A DNA stretch of 38,146 bases from Phycisphaerae bacterium (GTDB lineage: Bacteria; Planctomycetota; Phycisphaerae; JAAYCJ01): NCBI GenBank assembly GCA_012514125.1, contig JAAZAW010000314.1, positions 1-38,146 of the forward strand, given 5' to 3'. The notes under the pieces were generated by a model. The model saw only the letters and a list, made by a program, of their open reading frames with translations. It was not told the origin of the DNA and did no database searches. Positions 18,299-26,197 of the stretch are shown here, one piece after another. Numbering within the stretch: position 1 is the first letter of the stretch; each line of letters opens with the position of its first letter. The translations under genes and the position numbers were made by a program.

Positions 18299-19519
18299 TT
18301 AAATGACTGTTTTTATCTTTTCCGCAATGCGGATTCCGAACTCTCGACACTGCTGCAACGCCGCTTGATCGGGAACATATTTAATATTGATCGGATCTCC
18401 GACCAGATCGACTTTCATCTCCGCCAGGATACCGGCGATGTCCTTGGCCCCTTCGCCGCTCCAGCCATACGAGCCGAAAACGCCTCCGACAAGATTTTGC
18501 GGTTTCAAACCCTTCAAATAGCAAAGCACATCTGCCAGCGTCGGAAACATCTGGTTATTGATGGTAGGGGACCCGACAACCAACCCCGCCGCTTCGAGCA
18601 CTTCCGTCGCTACGTCGCTTCGGTTCGAACCATGCATCGGCATGACCTTGATATCCTTCACTCCACCCGCCAGCAACCCCTCGCTGATTACCCCCGCCAT
18701 CTTCGCCGTGCTGCCCCACATAGTGTCGTAAACGATCACCGCTTTATTCTGCTTTTTCTGATGCCCCCATCGGCTGTACTGCTCAAGAATACGCCCGATA
18801 TCTTCCTTCCGCCGATAGATCGGCCCATGGTCCGGCGCAATAATGCTGATTGGCAGATTCATCTTCTGAACCTTATCCAGCGTCTTAAGCACAATCGGCG
18901 AATAAAGCATGATAATATTCGCGTAATACTTCGCAGCCTCGAAATCCAATATGCACGGATCCACCTCGTCCGCGAATCGCTGTTCGCTCGCCAGGTGCAT
19001 CCCAAAACCGTCCTGCGAAAAAAGCAATTCATCTTCCGCCAGATAGCTGAACATACTATCGGGCCAGTGCAGCATCCGCGTTTCGATAAAAGTCAACGTC
19101 ATATTCCCCAGACTCAGCGTCTCGCCGTCTTTCACCGGTGTAATTGTCGCAGGCTCAAAATGAAAATGGTCCACCAGCGCCTTTTGTCCCATCGTCGAAG
19201 CGAAAATCTTTTCAGGCTTAAACCATTCCATCGCCTGGGGCAATCCGCCCGAATGATCCAGCTCCGAATGATTGGAAACAATATACTGTATTTTCGCCGG
19301 ATCGATAATCGAAGCGATTCTCGCCCGCATCTGTTCCATAAACGGCGCTTTAACCGTATCGATCAGCGTGACCTTGTCAGCCAGCACCAGATAAGCGTTA
19401 TACGTGCTGCCACGTGACGTCGTATATCCATGAAAATCACGCAATGCCCAATCGCCCGCGCCTACCCAATAAACAAGATCGGTAACTTTAACTGCTTGTA
19501 ATGGTCCGTTCATCTTCAT
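18299..19519 (-). CDS. Flavodiiron protein (rubredoxin:oxygen/NO oxidoreductase type)
   Basis: Metallo-beta-lactamase-like diiron domain (VSNHSELDHSGG) followed by a flavodoxin-like domain (AVIVYDTMWGSTAKMA). Confidence 0.9.
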   Translation of the reverse strand: MKMNGPLQAVKVTDLVYWVGAGDWALRDFHGYTTSRGSTYNAYLVLADKVTLIDTVKAPFMEQMRARIASIIDPAKIQYIVSNHSELDHSGGLPQAMEWFKPEKIFASTMGQKALVDHFHFEPATITPVKDGETLSLGNMTLTFIETRMLHWPDSMFSYLAEDELLFSQDGFGMHLASEQRFADEVDPCILDFEAAKYYANIIMLYSPIVLKTLDKVQKMNLPISIIAPDHGPIYRRKEDIGRILEQYSRWGHQKKQNKAVIVYDTMWGSTAKMAGVISEGLLAGGVKDIKVMPMHGSNRSDVATEVLEAAGLVVGSPTINNQMFPTLADVLCYLKGLKPQNLVGGVFGSYGWSGEGAKDIAGILAEMKVDLVGDPINIKYVPDQAALQQCREFGIRIAEKIKTVI

Positions 19520-19531
19520 TCCCCCTCTTTC

Positions 19532-20032
19532 TTATTCAGCGTTCAATAAGGACGCCAATTCCTGATTTAAAATGGTAATATGTTTCATTTCTTCATGGAT
19601 AATAGAATCAATTTTCGCTTTCCCAAGTTCCGCCGGAACAATTCCCTTTAAACCCATATAAAAAATAATCGAATCTTTTTCAAGACCGATCGCGATCAGC
19701 AAAACTTCTTCCATCGTGATCCCCTGCGTGAAATATCGCATCGGATCCGCCTGATAATTAAACACTCTGCCGTCCGCCAACGCCTTGATATATCGGCCCG
19801 TCAATCCTTCCGGATCGAACGTCGCCGGTGCGCATTCCCTGCCCGATAATTCTCGCCGCATCTGCGTAAATGTCTGCTCATGCGTCTGCTCCATCTTCGC
19901 CAGTTCAAGCAGCGTAGCCTTAGCCTTCGGCGCAGAAATCACCTCCGCCGCCCGTTGATAAAACGCCGCGCCGTTTCGTTCGATTTTTTCGGCAATCTCA
20001 AAAATCTCATCCGCGTTGAATTTAATACCCAT
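19532..20032 (-). CDS. Ferritin-like diiron four-helix-bundle protein (rubrerythrin family, no rubredoxin domain)
   Basis: Two ExxH motifs (MEQTHE, HEEMKH). I prefer the ATG at 20032, which has a GGAG RBS, over the track's start at 20089. Confidence 0.7.
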   Translation of the reverse strand: MGIKFNADEIFEIAEKIERNGAAFYQRAAEVISAPKAKATLLELAKMEQTHEQTFTQMRRELSGRECAPATFDPEGLTGRYIKALADGRVFNYQADPMRYFTQGITMEEVLLIAIGLEKDSIIFYMGLKGIVPAELGKAKIDSIIHEEMKHITILNQELASLLNAE

Positions 20033-20207
20033 CGTAAAAACTCCAACTGTCAAAAAATCTTCGTAGAGTGGGCTTGGCCCACCATTCAATTTCTAATCTT
20101 TCCTCTTAACCTCTTCCCTGACGTCTTGACGGTTCACCTTTCTTCGCTTCCCGCCATACGCGCGAGGACGGCTGCGAACCGTCCCCGGCGTCTATTTTTA
20201 CCAGACT

Positions 20208-20696
20208 TTACTTGCGTTGTCCAAGGAAACTATCCATCATGAACAATCCATGCGCCGAATCCTTGATCATCCTGAGCTTCTGGACGATCTCGTCCGCGGA
20301 AGATTCCTCTTCCACCTGTTCACTGACGAACCATCCAAGCATGATCTCCGTCGCGTAGTCTTTTTCCTCTTTCGCCAGCGTCACAAGCTCTTTGATCGAC
20401 GCCGTGACCTTCTTTTCATGTCCCAACGCCGCTTCAAATGCCGCCAATGGCGAATCCCATTCTTTCGGCGGTGCTCCGACCTCGCTCAACACCACCCGGG
20501 CGCCTTGCTCATTTAGATAATGTCTGATCTTGTTCGCATGGCTCAGTTCTTCACCCGCCTGAACATTCATCCAGTTCGCGAATCCTTTCAAATTGTTCGC
20601 CTGGAAATATTCCGACATCGCCATGTAGATGTAACTCGAATAAAGTTCCATGTTGATCTGTTTGTTTAACGTCGAAGTCATTTTTTCACTCAACAT
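20208..20696 (-). CDS. ftn: Non-haem bacterial ferritin
   Basis: LNKQINMELYSSYIYMAMSEYF...AGEELSHANKIRHYL. ATG at 20696 with a GGAGGG RBS 7 nt upstream. Confidence 0.85.
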   Translation of the reverse strand: MLSEKMTSTLNKQINMELYSSYIYMAMSEYFQANNLKGFANWMNVQAGEELSHANKIRHYLNEQGARVVLSEVGAPPKEWDSPLAAFEAALGHEKKVTASIKELVTLAKEEKDYATEIMLGWFVSEQVEEESSADEIVQKLRMIKDSAHGLFMMDSFLGQRK

Positions 20697-20698
20697 TG

Positions 20699-21073
20699 TC
20701 AAACCCTCCATAATCCATGAATGTTACAATACTCTCGTGCAGTAATAACCGACGCTTCTATCTTGAAAATCGCTTCCGGCAAGTCGCCCGGTTTCAAAAA
20801 TTGACGATACGCCTTACCGTCCGCGATCAACTCGATCCATTCGATGTAGTGTTTTTCTTCCATCGGGTGAACCACGCTTCCAACTCTCACCTTATATCCG
20901 CCCTCGATCTTCTCGATCACCGGCACATGTTTTTCTTTCGCGGCATCCACGGTGTTTTCAACAAGCAACTTCATCGGCTTGCCGCAACATACCAGTTCGC
21001 CCTCGCCGCCATGTAGCACCTCAACCACATTCGCACAAATCTCGCACTTGTAAATCTCCAACTCTTTCGCCAT
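20699..21073 (-). CDS. dfx: Desulfoferrodoxin (2Fe superoxide reductase)
   Basis: Desulforedoxin-like domain [10 protein letters not shown]...VCCGKPM. SOR centre: [26 protein letters not shown] at 21073 with a GGAG RBS gives 124 aa. Confidence 0.9.
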   Translation of the reverse strand: MAKELEIYKCEICANVVEVLHGGEGELVCCGKPMKLLVENTVDAAKEKHVPVIEKIEGGYKVRVGSVVHPMEEKHYIEWIELIADGKAYRQFLKPGDLPEAIFKIEASVITAREYCNIHGLWRV

Positions 21074-21169
21074 CGCAGGCTCCTTTCTCTTGTTGTAAAT
21101 CGTTGTCAAATTTTCTCGTCGTCGCTCTTCGATAGGGCGGACCTTGCTCACACTCCTCGCCCGATAACG

Positions 21170-21826
21170 TCATTTCTTCTCTTCCGGCAATTTCTTGTGG
21201 CAGAACCACCAGTCATATCCCTGGTATTCCTTCATCCGTTCAACCGCCGATCTCTCATCCTGAGGCGGTGGAATGATCACATCGTCCTTGATCAATTCAT
21301 TTTCAGGCCAATTCGCCGGCAAGGCCACTCCCTGCTCCGTCGCCACCTGTAACCCTTTGACCATGCGCAGAATTTCGTCCATGTTCCGACCAAGCTCCTG
21401 CGGATAGTATAAAATCGCCCGAATCTTCCTTTGCGGATCGACAATAAAAGTCGCCCGCACAGTATTCGTCCCCTTGGCCGGGTGAACCAATCCCAGACGC
21501 TTGGCAACCTCGCCGTCGTCGGCGATTATCGGAAATTGAATTTGCGTCTTGAGATTTTTATTGATCCATTCCACCCATTTAAGATGGGCAAAAACCTGAT
21601 CGACGCTCATTCCGATCAAATCGCAGTTAAGCTTCTGAAAATCGTCATACCGTTGTTGAAACGCGTAAAACTCCGTGGTGCATACCGGGGTGAAATCGGC
21701 GGGATGGCTGAAAAAAACCACCCATCTTCCTTTAAACGCCTCGGGAAGTTTCATCGGCCCGTGCGTCGTTTTCACCTCGATCTCCGGAAACGGATCGCCC
21801 AGTAAAGGCATCTTGCATTCTTCCAT
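21170..21826 (-). CDS. Peroxiredoxin (Prx6-like, PVCTTE active site)
   Basis: [14 protein letters not shown] and the C-terminal YDWWFC. I prefer the ATG at 21826, which has an AGGAGG RBS 7 nt upstream. The track ORF extends to 21904 and would add a hydrophobic leader. Confidence 0.85.
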   Translation of the reverse strand: MEECKMPLLGDPFPEIEVKTTHGPMKLPEAFKGRWVVFFSHPADFTPVCTTEFYAFQQRYDDFQKLNCDLIGMSVDQVFAHLKWVEWINKNLKTQIQFPIIADDGEVAKRLGLVHPAKGTNTVRATFIVDPQRKIRAILYYPQELGRNMDEILRMVKGLQVATEQGVALPANWPENELIKDDVIIPPPQDERSAVERMKEYQGYDWWFCHKKLPEEKK

Positions 21827-21928
21827 CGCTTTTCCTCCTAAAACAAGTAAGAATATCAAACAACCCATCACACCCACAGCATACCCACTATATCGTTTCA
21901 TCACATTACCCCCCCGGTATTAAAACGA

Positions 21929-22501
21929 TTACCAGTTTTCTGCGAGCACCTCAAAATAATCCTTCGGATGCGCACATGCCGGACACGCTTCCGGCGCTTC
22001 CGTCCCTTCATGCAAATATCCGCAATTCCGGCATCGCCAGACTACAGGCTTGTCTTTCTTGAACACCGTGCCCGATTCCACATTCGCCAGCAATCCGCGA
22101 TAACGCCGTTCATGCTGTTTTTCCGCCACCGAAACCTTCTCAAAAACTTTCGCAATAGCTTCAAAACCTTCTTCACGCGCTTCTTGGGCAAACTGGGCGT
22201 ACAACGTCGTCCATTCATGGTTTTCACCATCCGCTGCCGCCTTGAGATTCTGTGCCGTCGTTCCGATCACACCTGCCGGAAACGCCGCAACGATTTCAAC
22301 ATCTCCGCCTTCAAGAAACTTGAAAAATCGTTTCGCATGTTCTTTCTCCTGGTCTGCCGTTTCCGCAAAAATATCCGCGATCTGGACATACCCTTCTTTC
22401 TTCGCCTGACCCGAAAAATACGTATACCGATTTCTCGCCTGAGATTCTCCGGCAAACGCAGTCAGCAGGTTCTTTTCTGTCTTCGTTCCTTTAATACCCA
22501 T
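21929..22501 (-). CDS. rbr: Rubrerythrin
   Basis: GTKTEKNLLTAFAGESQARNRY, EEKEHAK-type diiron motifs, and a C-terminal rubredoxin-like WRCRNCGY...CPACAHPK. ATG at 22501 gives 190 aa. Confidence 0.9.
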   Translation of the reverse strand: MGIKGTKTEKNLLTAFAGESQARNRYTYFSGQAKKEGYVQIADIFAETADQEKEHAKRFFKFLEGGDVEIVAAFPAGVIGTTAQNLKAAADGENHEWTTLYAQFAQEAREEGFEAIAKVFEKVSVAEKQHERRYRGLLANVESGTVFKKDKPVVWRCRNCGYLHEGTEAPEACPACAHPKDYFEVLAENW

Positions 22502-22546
22502 TCTTCGATCCTTTCCAAAAATCCAAAACATGGTGTTATACTCTCT

Positions 22547-22567
22547 GTATGTTCAACTCAAACATAC
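22547..22567. promoter_or_regulatory. Perfect 7-7-7 inverted repeat upstream of rubrerythrin (candidate operator)
   Basis: GTATGTT 22547-22553, a 7-nt spacer, then AACATAC 22561-22567. It lies 46-66 nt upstream of the rbr ATG, next to TATAAC on the minus strand. Confidence 0.35.
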
Positions 22568-22608
22568 AATCCAATAACCATCGTCAAAATGGCCCGTCCG
22601 CCATCTTC

Positions 22609-22668
22609 CTGTCATTCCCGCGCAGACCCGAATCCAGAAACGGCTCAAGCCGTTGTACAATTCTCTTC
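22609..22668. repeat. Intergenic repeat family, copy A (core)
   Basis: ctgtcattcccgcgcagacccgaatccagaaacggctcaagccgttgtacaattctcttc aligns with copies B2 and C. Confidence 0.85.
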
Positions 22669-22732
22669 TTGGCGTCTTGGCGGTTCCAAACTCTTTCTTC
22701 TCCCGACTTTCTCAACTCTCTTATCTATCAAC

Positions 22733-23251
22733 TCACACCACCGCCACGACCTTTTCAATCGCCTTCATCGCCGCATCATAATCCGGCTCGCTACCGACAT
22801 CTTCAACGATTTGTTGATATTGAATCTTCCCTTCCGGATCGATCACAAGCACCGCCCGGGCCAACAAATACAATTCGTCAATCCGCAATCCATAAGCCTT
22901 TCCGAATTTCCCTTCTCGATAATCCGAAAGGGTTTTAACATTCTTGATCTCGTGCGCACCGCACCATCGTGTCTGGGCAAACGGCAGGTCCATACTCACA
23001 ACAAGCATCTGCACCGATTCATCAAGCTTGCTTGCCTTTTCGTTGAATTTTTTTGTCTCCAAATCACATACAGGCGTATCCAGCGATGGAACCGAAATCA
23101 AAACCACTGTCTTGCCCCGAAACGAACTAAGTTTCACAGGCTTAAGTTCCGTATCGATCAACTCCGAATCCGGAGCCTGATCTCCGACCTCAAGTCCCTG
23201 GCCCACCAAATGTAACGTATTGCCTTTAAATGTCACTGTTCTTTCATTCAT
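22733..23251 (-). CDS. tpx: Thiol peroxidase (atypical 2-Cys peroxiredoxin Tpx)
   Basis: VTFKGNTLHLVG, VGDQAPD, and ISVPSLDTPVCDLETKKFNE. Confidence 0.9.
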   Translation of the reverse strand: MNERTVTFKGNTLHLVGQGLEVGDQAPDSELIDTELKPVKLSSFRGKTVVLISVPSLDTPVCDLETKKFNEKASKLDESVQMLVVSMDLPFAQTRWCGAHEIKNVKTLSDYREGKFGKAYGLRIDELYLLARAVLVIDPEGKIQYQQIVEDVGSEPDYDAAMKAIEKVVAVV

Positions 23252-23326
23252 AATTGATCCCTTCCCTCATCTATAAAGTTTTAGTTTTCATAATTTTCGT
23301 CTAGCGAACTCTGTCGCCACACATCC

Positions 23327-23356
23327 CTGTCATTTCCGTGAAAGCAGGAATCCAGA
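23327..23356. repeat. Intergenic repeat family, partial copy B1 (first module only)
   Basis: ctgtcatttccgtgaaagcaggaatccaga. The hairpin TTCC(G/T)..GGAA is retained in a variant form. Confidence 0.7.
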
Positions 23357-23388
23357 GTTTGCATCAACGTCTTCGTAACCCTCACGAT

Positions 23389-23447
23389 CTGTCATTCCCG
23401 CGAAGGCGGGAATCCAGAAACGGCTCAAGCCGTTGTACAATCCTCTT
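23389..23447. repeat. Intergenic repeat family, copy B2 (best-preserved core with two hairpins)
   Basis: ctgtcattcccgcgaaggcgggaatccagaaacggctcaagccgttgtacaatcctctt. Hairpins TTCCCGC-gaag-GCGGGAA and AACGGC-tcaa-GCCGTT, plus the palindrome TTGTACAA. Confidence 0.9.
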
Positions 23448-23489
23448 CCAACTTCCAACTTCCAACTTCTAACTTCTAACTTCTAACTT
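23448..23489. repeat. Heptamer tandem repeat (CCAACTT)3(CTAACTT)3
   Basis: Six exact 7-bp units read directly from the sequence. The TAG stop of the permease gene (23476-23478) lies inside the array. Confidence 0.9.
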
Positions 23490-24762
23490 CTCTCCCCTCC
23501 TCTTCTCTCAACCTCGCAGTAAATCCCAGGTTATTCACTTCCCGTATCGCCTCTTCAACATCAATATCCCTGCCATAAACCTTCGCCTGCGCACTTTTCA
23601 TATCCACTTCGGCGCTTTGGACACCGGAACTTTGTAAAAGAGCATTTTCGACCGATTCGGCACATTCAGGACAACTCATTCCCTCGACGTCGAATATAAT
23701 CATCTCCTTTGTCCTGTCAAGCTCAGTTTTCCTTTCCATGCGATTCCATCGGCGATAAATCGCAGGCCCGATGAGCATGCCAAGAAAAACCACCGATCCG
23801 ATACTTTTAATAAAATCCGATATCGGAGTCTCTGCCATAATCTGACTCGCCATCGCCGCCCGATCCGCCAAAAAAATCTGATCCAGCAAAAGTCCCGCTG
23901 CCAGCGCCGTCACCGCTGTTGTTAACAAATAAATCCCGGTCGTCCGCGAACCCATGATCCTCCAGATCGTCGCAATCGCCGCCGCGTTTGTCGCCGGTCC
24001 ACTGATCAAAAAAACCAACGCCGCTCCCGGCGAAACTCCCTTCGCCATCAACGCCATCGCCATCGGAACCGACGCCGATGCGCACACATACGACGGTATC
24101 CCCACAGCCATCATCACCAGCATCGCTCCGATACCACCAGACATGAAAGTCTGCGAAAAATACTCCGCCGGGACAAAAACCGCAATCAAGCCCGCAATCA
24201 AAATACCCACAAGGAGTGATTTTCCGATATCCGCAGGCAAAACCACAAATCCATGATGCAGCACCTGATAAAATCGATTCCGCTTCGGACGACCCAGATT
24301 GCAGCAATCGCCTTCACATGCCGGAATCTCCTGATCCTTCTGGGGCCGACGAGCATCAATAAAATTAATCATCAGACCGCTGATAAATCCGCTCACGATG
24401 GAAACGATCGGGCGAAAAATCGCGAAAACTCCGCCCAGCAAACTATAAGTCACCAGGATACTATCAACGCCGATCTGGGGCGTGGACATCAAAAACGAAA
24501 TCGTCGCTCCTCTGCTGGCGCCGTGACGACGAATCGATGTCGCCACCGGAATCACACCACAGGAACACAACGGCAACGGCACTCCAGCCAGTGTCGCCTT
24601 AATAAGTGGCTTAATTCCATGACCTCCAAGATGTTTCTCCACCGTCGAAGGAGAAACCAACACCGACAAAAGACCCGCAATAAAAAAACCAAAAATCAGG
24701 TAAAGCGACATCTCGCCCAAAAGGTCCCACATCTCCATCAATATATTCTGGACAACGTCCAT
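23476..24762 (-). CDS. Predicted metal permease (DUF318/ArsP-type, PLCSCG motif) fused to a C-terminal heavy-metal-associated (HMA) domain
   Basis: Multi-TM protein with LAGVPLPLCSCGVIPVA. C-terminal IIFDVEGMSCPECAESVENAL...AKVYG is a ferredoxin-like HMA fold with the GMxCxxC motif. Confidence 0.75.
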   Translation of the reverse strand: MDVVQNILMEMWDLLGEMSLYLIFGFFIAGLLSVLVSPSTVEKHLGGHGIKPLIKATLAGVPLPLCSCGVIPVATSIRRHGASRGATISFLMSTPQIGVDSILVTYSLLGGVFAIFRPIVSIVSGFISGLMINFIDARRPQKDQEIPACEGDCCNLGRPKRNRFYQVLHHGFVVLPADIGKSLLVGILIAGLIAVFVPAEYFSQTFMSGGIGAMLVMMAVGIPSYVCASASVPMAMALMAKGVSPGAALVFLISGPATNAAAIATIWRIMGSRTTGIYLLTTAVTALAAGLLLDQIFLADRAAMASQIMAETPISDFIKSIGSVVFLGMLIGPAIYRRWNRMERKTELDRTKEMIIFDVEGMSCPECAESVENALLQSSGVQSAEVDMKSAQAKVYGRDIDVEEAIREVNNLGFTARLREEEGREVRS

Positions 24763-24870
24763 AACTTACCCCTTCTCTCCAGCATCCCACAGCTTCAGCC
24801 ATATTTCAAAATATTTTCAACCCGCATTTTACTTTGGTTTTCATAAGGTGGACTCTACCCACCACCTTCC

Positions 24871-24957
24871 CTGTCATACCCGCAAACGCCCGAATCCAGA
24901 AACGACTCAGGCCGTTATACAATCCTCTTCCAACTTCCAACCTCTAACTTCTAACTG
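24871..24957. repeat. Intergenic repeat family, copy C (core plus 4 degenerate heptamers)
   Basis: ctgtcatacccgcaaacgcccgaatccagaaacgactcaggccgttatacaatcctcttc followed by ccaactt ccaacct ctaactt ctaactg. Confidence 0.85.
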
Positions 24958-24961
24958 ACTT

Positions 24962-25783
24962 TTATCTCCCCCTCCCCGTCCCAAGCATCTCCCCAACTTC
25001 CGTATCCTTTCGTATTCCCATCCGCGTCAACGAAAAATCATACTTCACCGCGTCACTGGGCGAAAATCTCCGAAATCCTGACGTAATTTCACAAGCCGTC
25101 CGAATATCCGCTTGCCGACGTCGGGTCAACCCGAACAACAACCCAATCCGGTGCATGTGTGTATCAAGCGGCACAATCAATCGCGACCGCGAAACCCGAT
25201 CCCAGCCGCCGGGGTCCACCGCGTCCTTACGGATCATCCATCTTAAGTACAAATGAATCCGTTTAAATGCGCCTTTTCCATTCGGAATCGGCAGTAAACT
25301 GTTTCGTTTGTCAAAAGGCTTGCTCAACTTGCGAACAAACTCGCGGGCCGCCATATCCAACGTCTCATCATCGCTGTTGCATCCATACAGAAAACACGAC
25401 TCAAGCGAGCCATAATATTCCAAAACGCCTTTAATGCCCATCAACATCCGTACCATGTCGTCGCCGGTGGTAAATCGATGCTTGAAATCCGTGAACCGTT
25501 CCCGCATCTGACGCTCCGAATTTGTCATGACAAATTCCCTGGGACGACCCATCCTGCCCAGCACCTTTTCTACACTTTTCAAAATCTGCGCCACACGGCC
25601 ATACGCCAAACCCGATGCCACCAGTCCCACAATTTCACGATCGCTCATATCCTCATAATTATAAAGGAATTGCAACGGATCCGGATTCACATATTCCCGT
25701 CGATTATACCGGGCGTAAATCGCTTCGAGCTTTTCCGTATCAAAAATCACGCCGTTTGTTCTTTCTTCTTCGTCAGCTTGCAC
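24962..25783 (-). CDS. DUF2400/TIGR02757-like protein (possible HhH-type DNA-glycosylase-like fold)
   Basis: DPLQFLYNY, GLVASGLAYGRV, LIVPLDTHMHRIGLLFGLT, and KYDFSLTRMGI. The family name is from memory. The start is uncertain: GTG at 25783, or GTG at 25750, which overlaps the upstream TGA as GTGA. Confidence 0.55.
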   Translation of the reverse strand: MQADEEERTNGVIFDTEKLEAIYARYNRREYVNPDPLQFLYNYEDMSDREIVGLVASGLAYGRVAQILKSVEKVLGRMGRPREFVMTNSERQMRERFTDFKHRFTTGDDMVRMLMGIKGVLEYYGSLESCFLYGCNSDDETLDMAAREFVRKLSKPFDKRNSLLPIPNGKGAFKRIHLYLRWMIRKDAVDPGGWDRVSRSRLIVPLDTHMHRIGLLFGLTRRRQADIRTACEITSGFRRFSPSDAVKYDFSLTRMGIRKDTEVGEMLGTGRGR

Positions 25784-26178
25784 TCAGGACACAAACCGGT
25801 GAAAATCACTTCATAAGACTTTATTTCAAAATCAGTTAACGTCTGAACTATCTTTTGGATGTCGTCGTGCGGATTCATCGGCAAATCGATCATCGCGTTG
25901 CAGCACAGACAACGAAAATGAAGGTGGGGGGTTGAATTCCCATCATACCGCTTTTGCCCGCCGCCGTCGAGCCGGAGAATCATTCCTTCGGTTGCCATCT
26001 GTTCAAGGTTTCGATACACCGTTCCCATGCTGATTATCGGCAGCTCTTTTCGCACCATTTCATAAATAACATCGGCGCTTGGATGTGTCACAACACTTTC
26101 CAAAGCGTTAAGAATCGCTCGACGCTGCGGCGTCAGATATTTTTTTTTCTTTTGACTTTCAGGTTTTCCGGCACTCAC
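25747..26178 (-). CDS. perR: Fur-family transcriptional regulator, PerR-like by genomic context
   Basis: LTPQRRAILNAL, THPSADVIYEMV, GTVYRNL, HLHFRCLCCN, and a C-terminal CPEC (two CxxC pairs). I prefer the GTG at 26178, which has a GGAG 8 nt upstream. The track's TTG at 26244 coincides with a -35-like hexamer. Confidence 0.8.
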   Translation of the reverse strand: MSAGKPESQKKKKYLTPQRRAILNALESVVTHPSADVIYEMVRKELPIISMGTVYRNLEQMATEGMILRLDGGGQKRYDGNSTPHLHFRCLCCNAMIDLPMNPHDDIQKIVQTLTDFEIKSYEVIFTGLCPECKLTKKKEQTA

Positions 26179-26197
26179 TTTGAATTCTCCAAAATGA

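Noticed and set aside
17913-18302. A 129-aa plus-strand ORF listed in the track.
   Set aside because: Its 3' half is antisense to a textbook rubredoxin gene and it reads through the terminator hairpin at 18082-18114. I see no RBS or motif.
18365-19417. A 350-aa plus-strand ORF opposite the flavodiiron protein gene.
   Set aside because: The minus-strand product has complete FDP domain signatures. The plus-strand product is Arg/His-rich with no motifs.
20164-20183. The hairpin GGACGG-N7-CCGTCC after the ferritin gene, considered as an intrinsic terminator.
   Set aside because: The stem is only 6 bp and no U-tract follows on the minus-strand transcript, so I did not call it.
21827-21904. An N-terminal hydrophobic extension of the peroxiredoxin ([26 protein letters not shown]) that would make it an exported or lipidated Prx.
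   Set aside because: A near-perfect AGGAGG RBS sits 7 nt upstream of the internal ATG at 21826, which gives a family-typical N-terminus. The longer form cannot be excluded without proteomic or 5'-end data.
22549-22938. A 129-aa plus-strand ORF containing '...LSFPRRPESRNGSSRCTILF...'.
   Set aside because: That peptide is simply the translation of intergenic repeat copy A. The rest of the ORF is antisense to tpx.
21968-23215. A 415-aa plus-strand ORF spanning rubrerythrin, an intergenic repeat and tpx.
   Set aside because: It lies antisense to two well-supported genes and crosses a non-coding repeat. Its sequence is Arg/Phe/Ser-rich and has no recognisable domain.
23448-23489. The short tandem repeats, considered as a possible CRISPR or other array.
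   Set aside because: The units are 7 bp and directly abutting with no spacers, so this is a microsatellite-like heptamer tract and not a CRISPR array.
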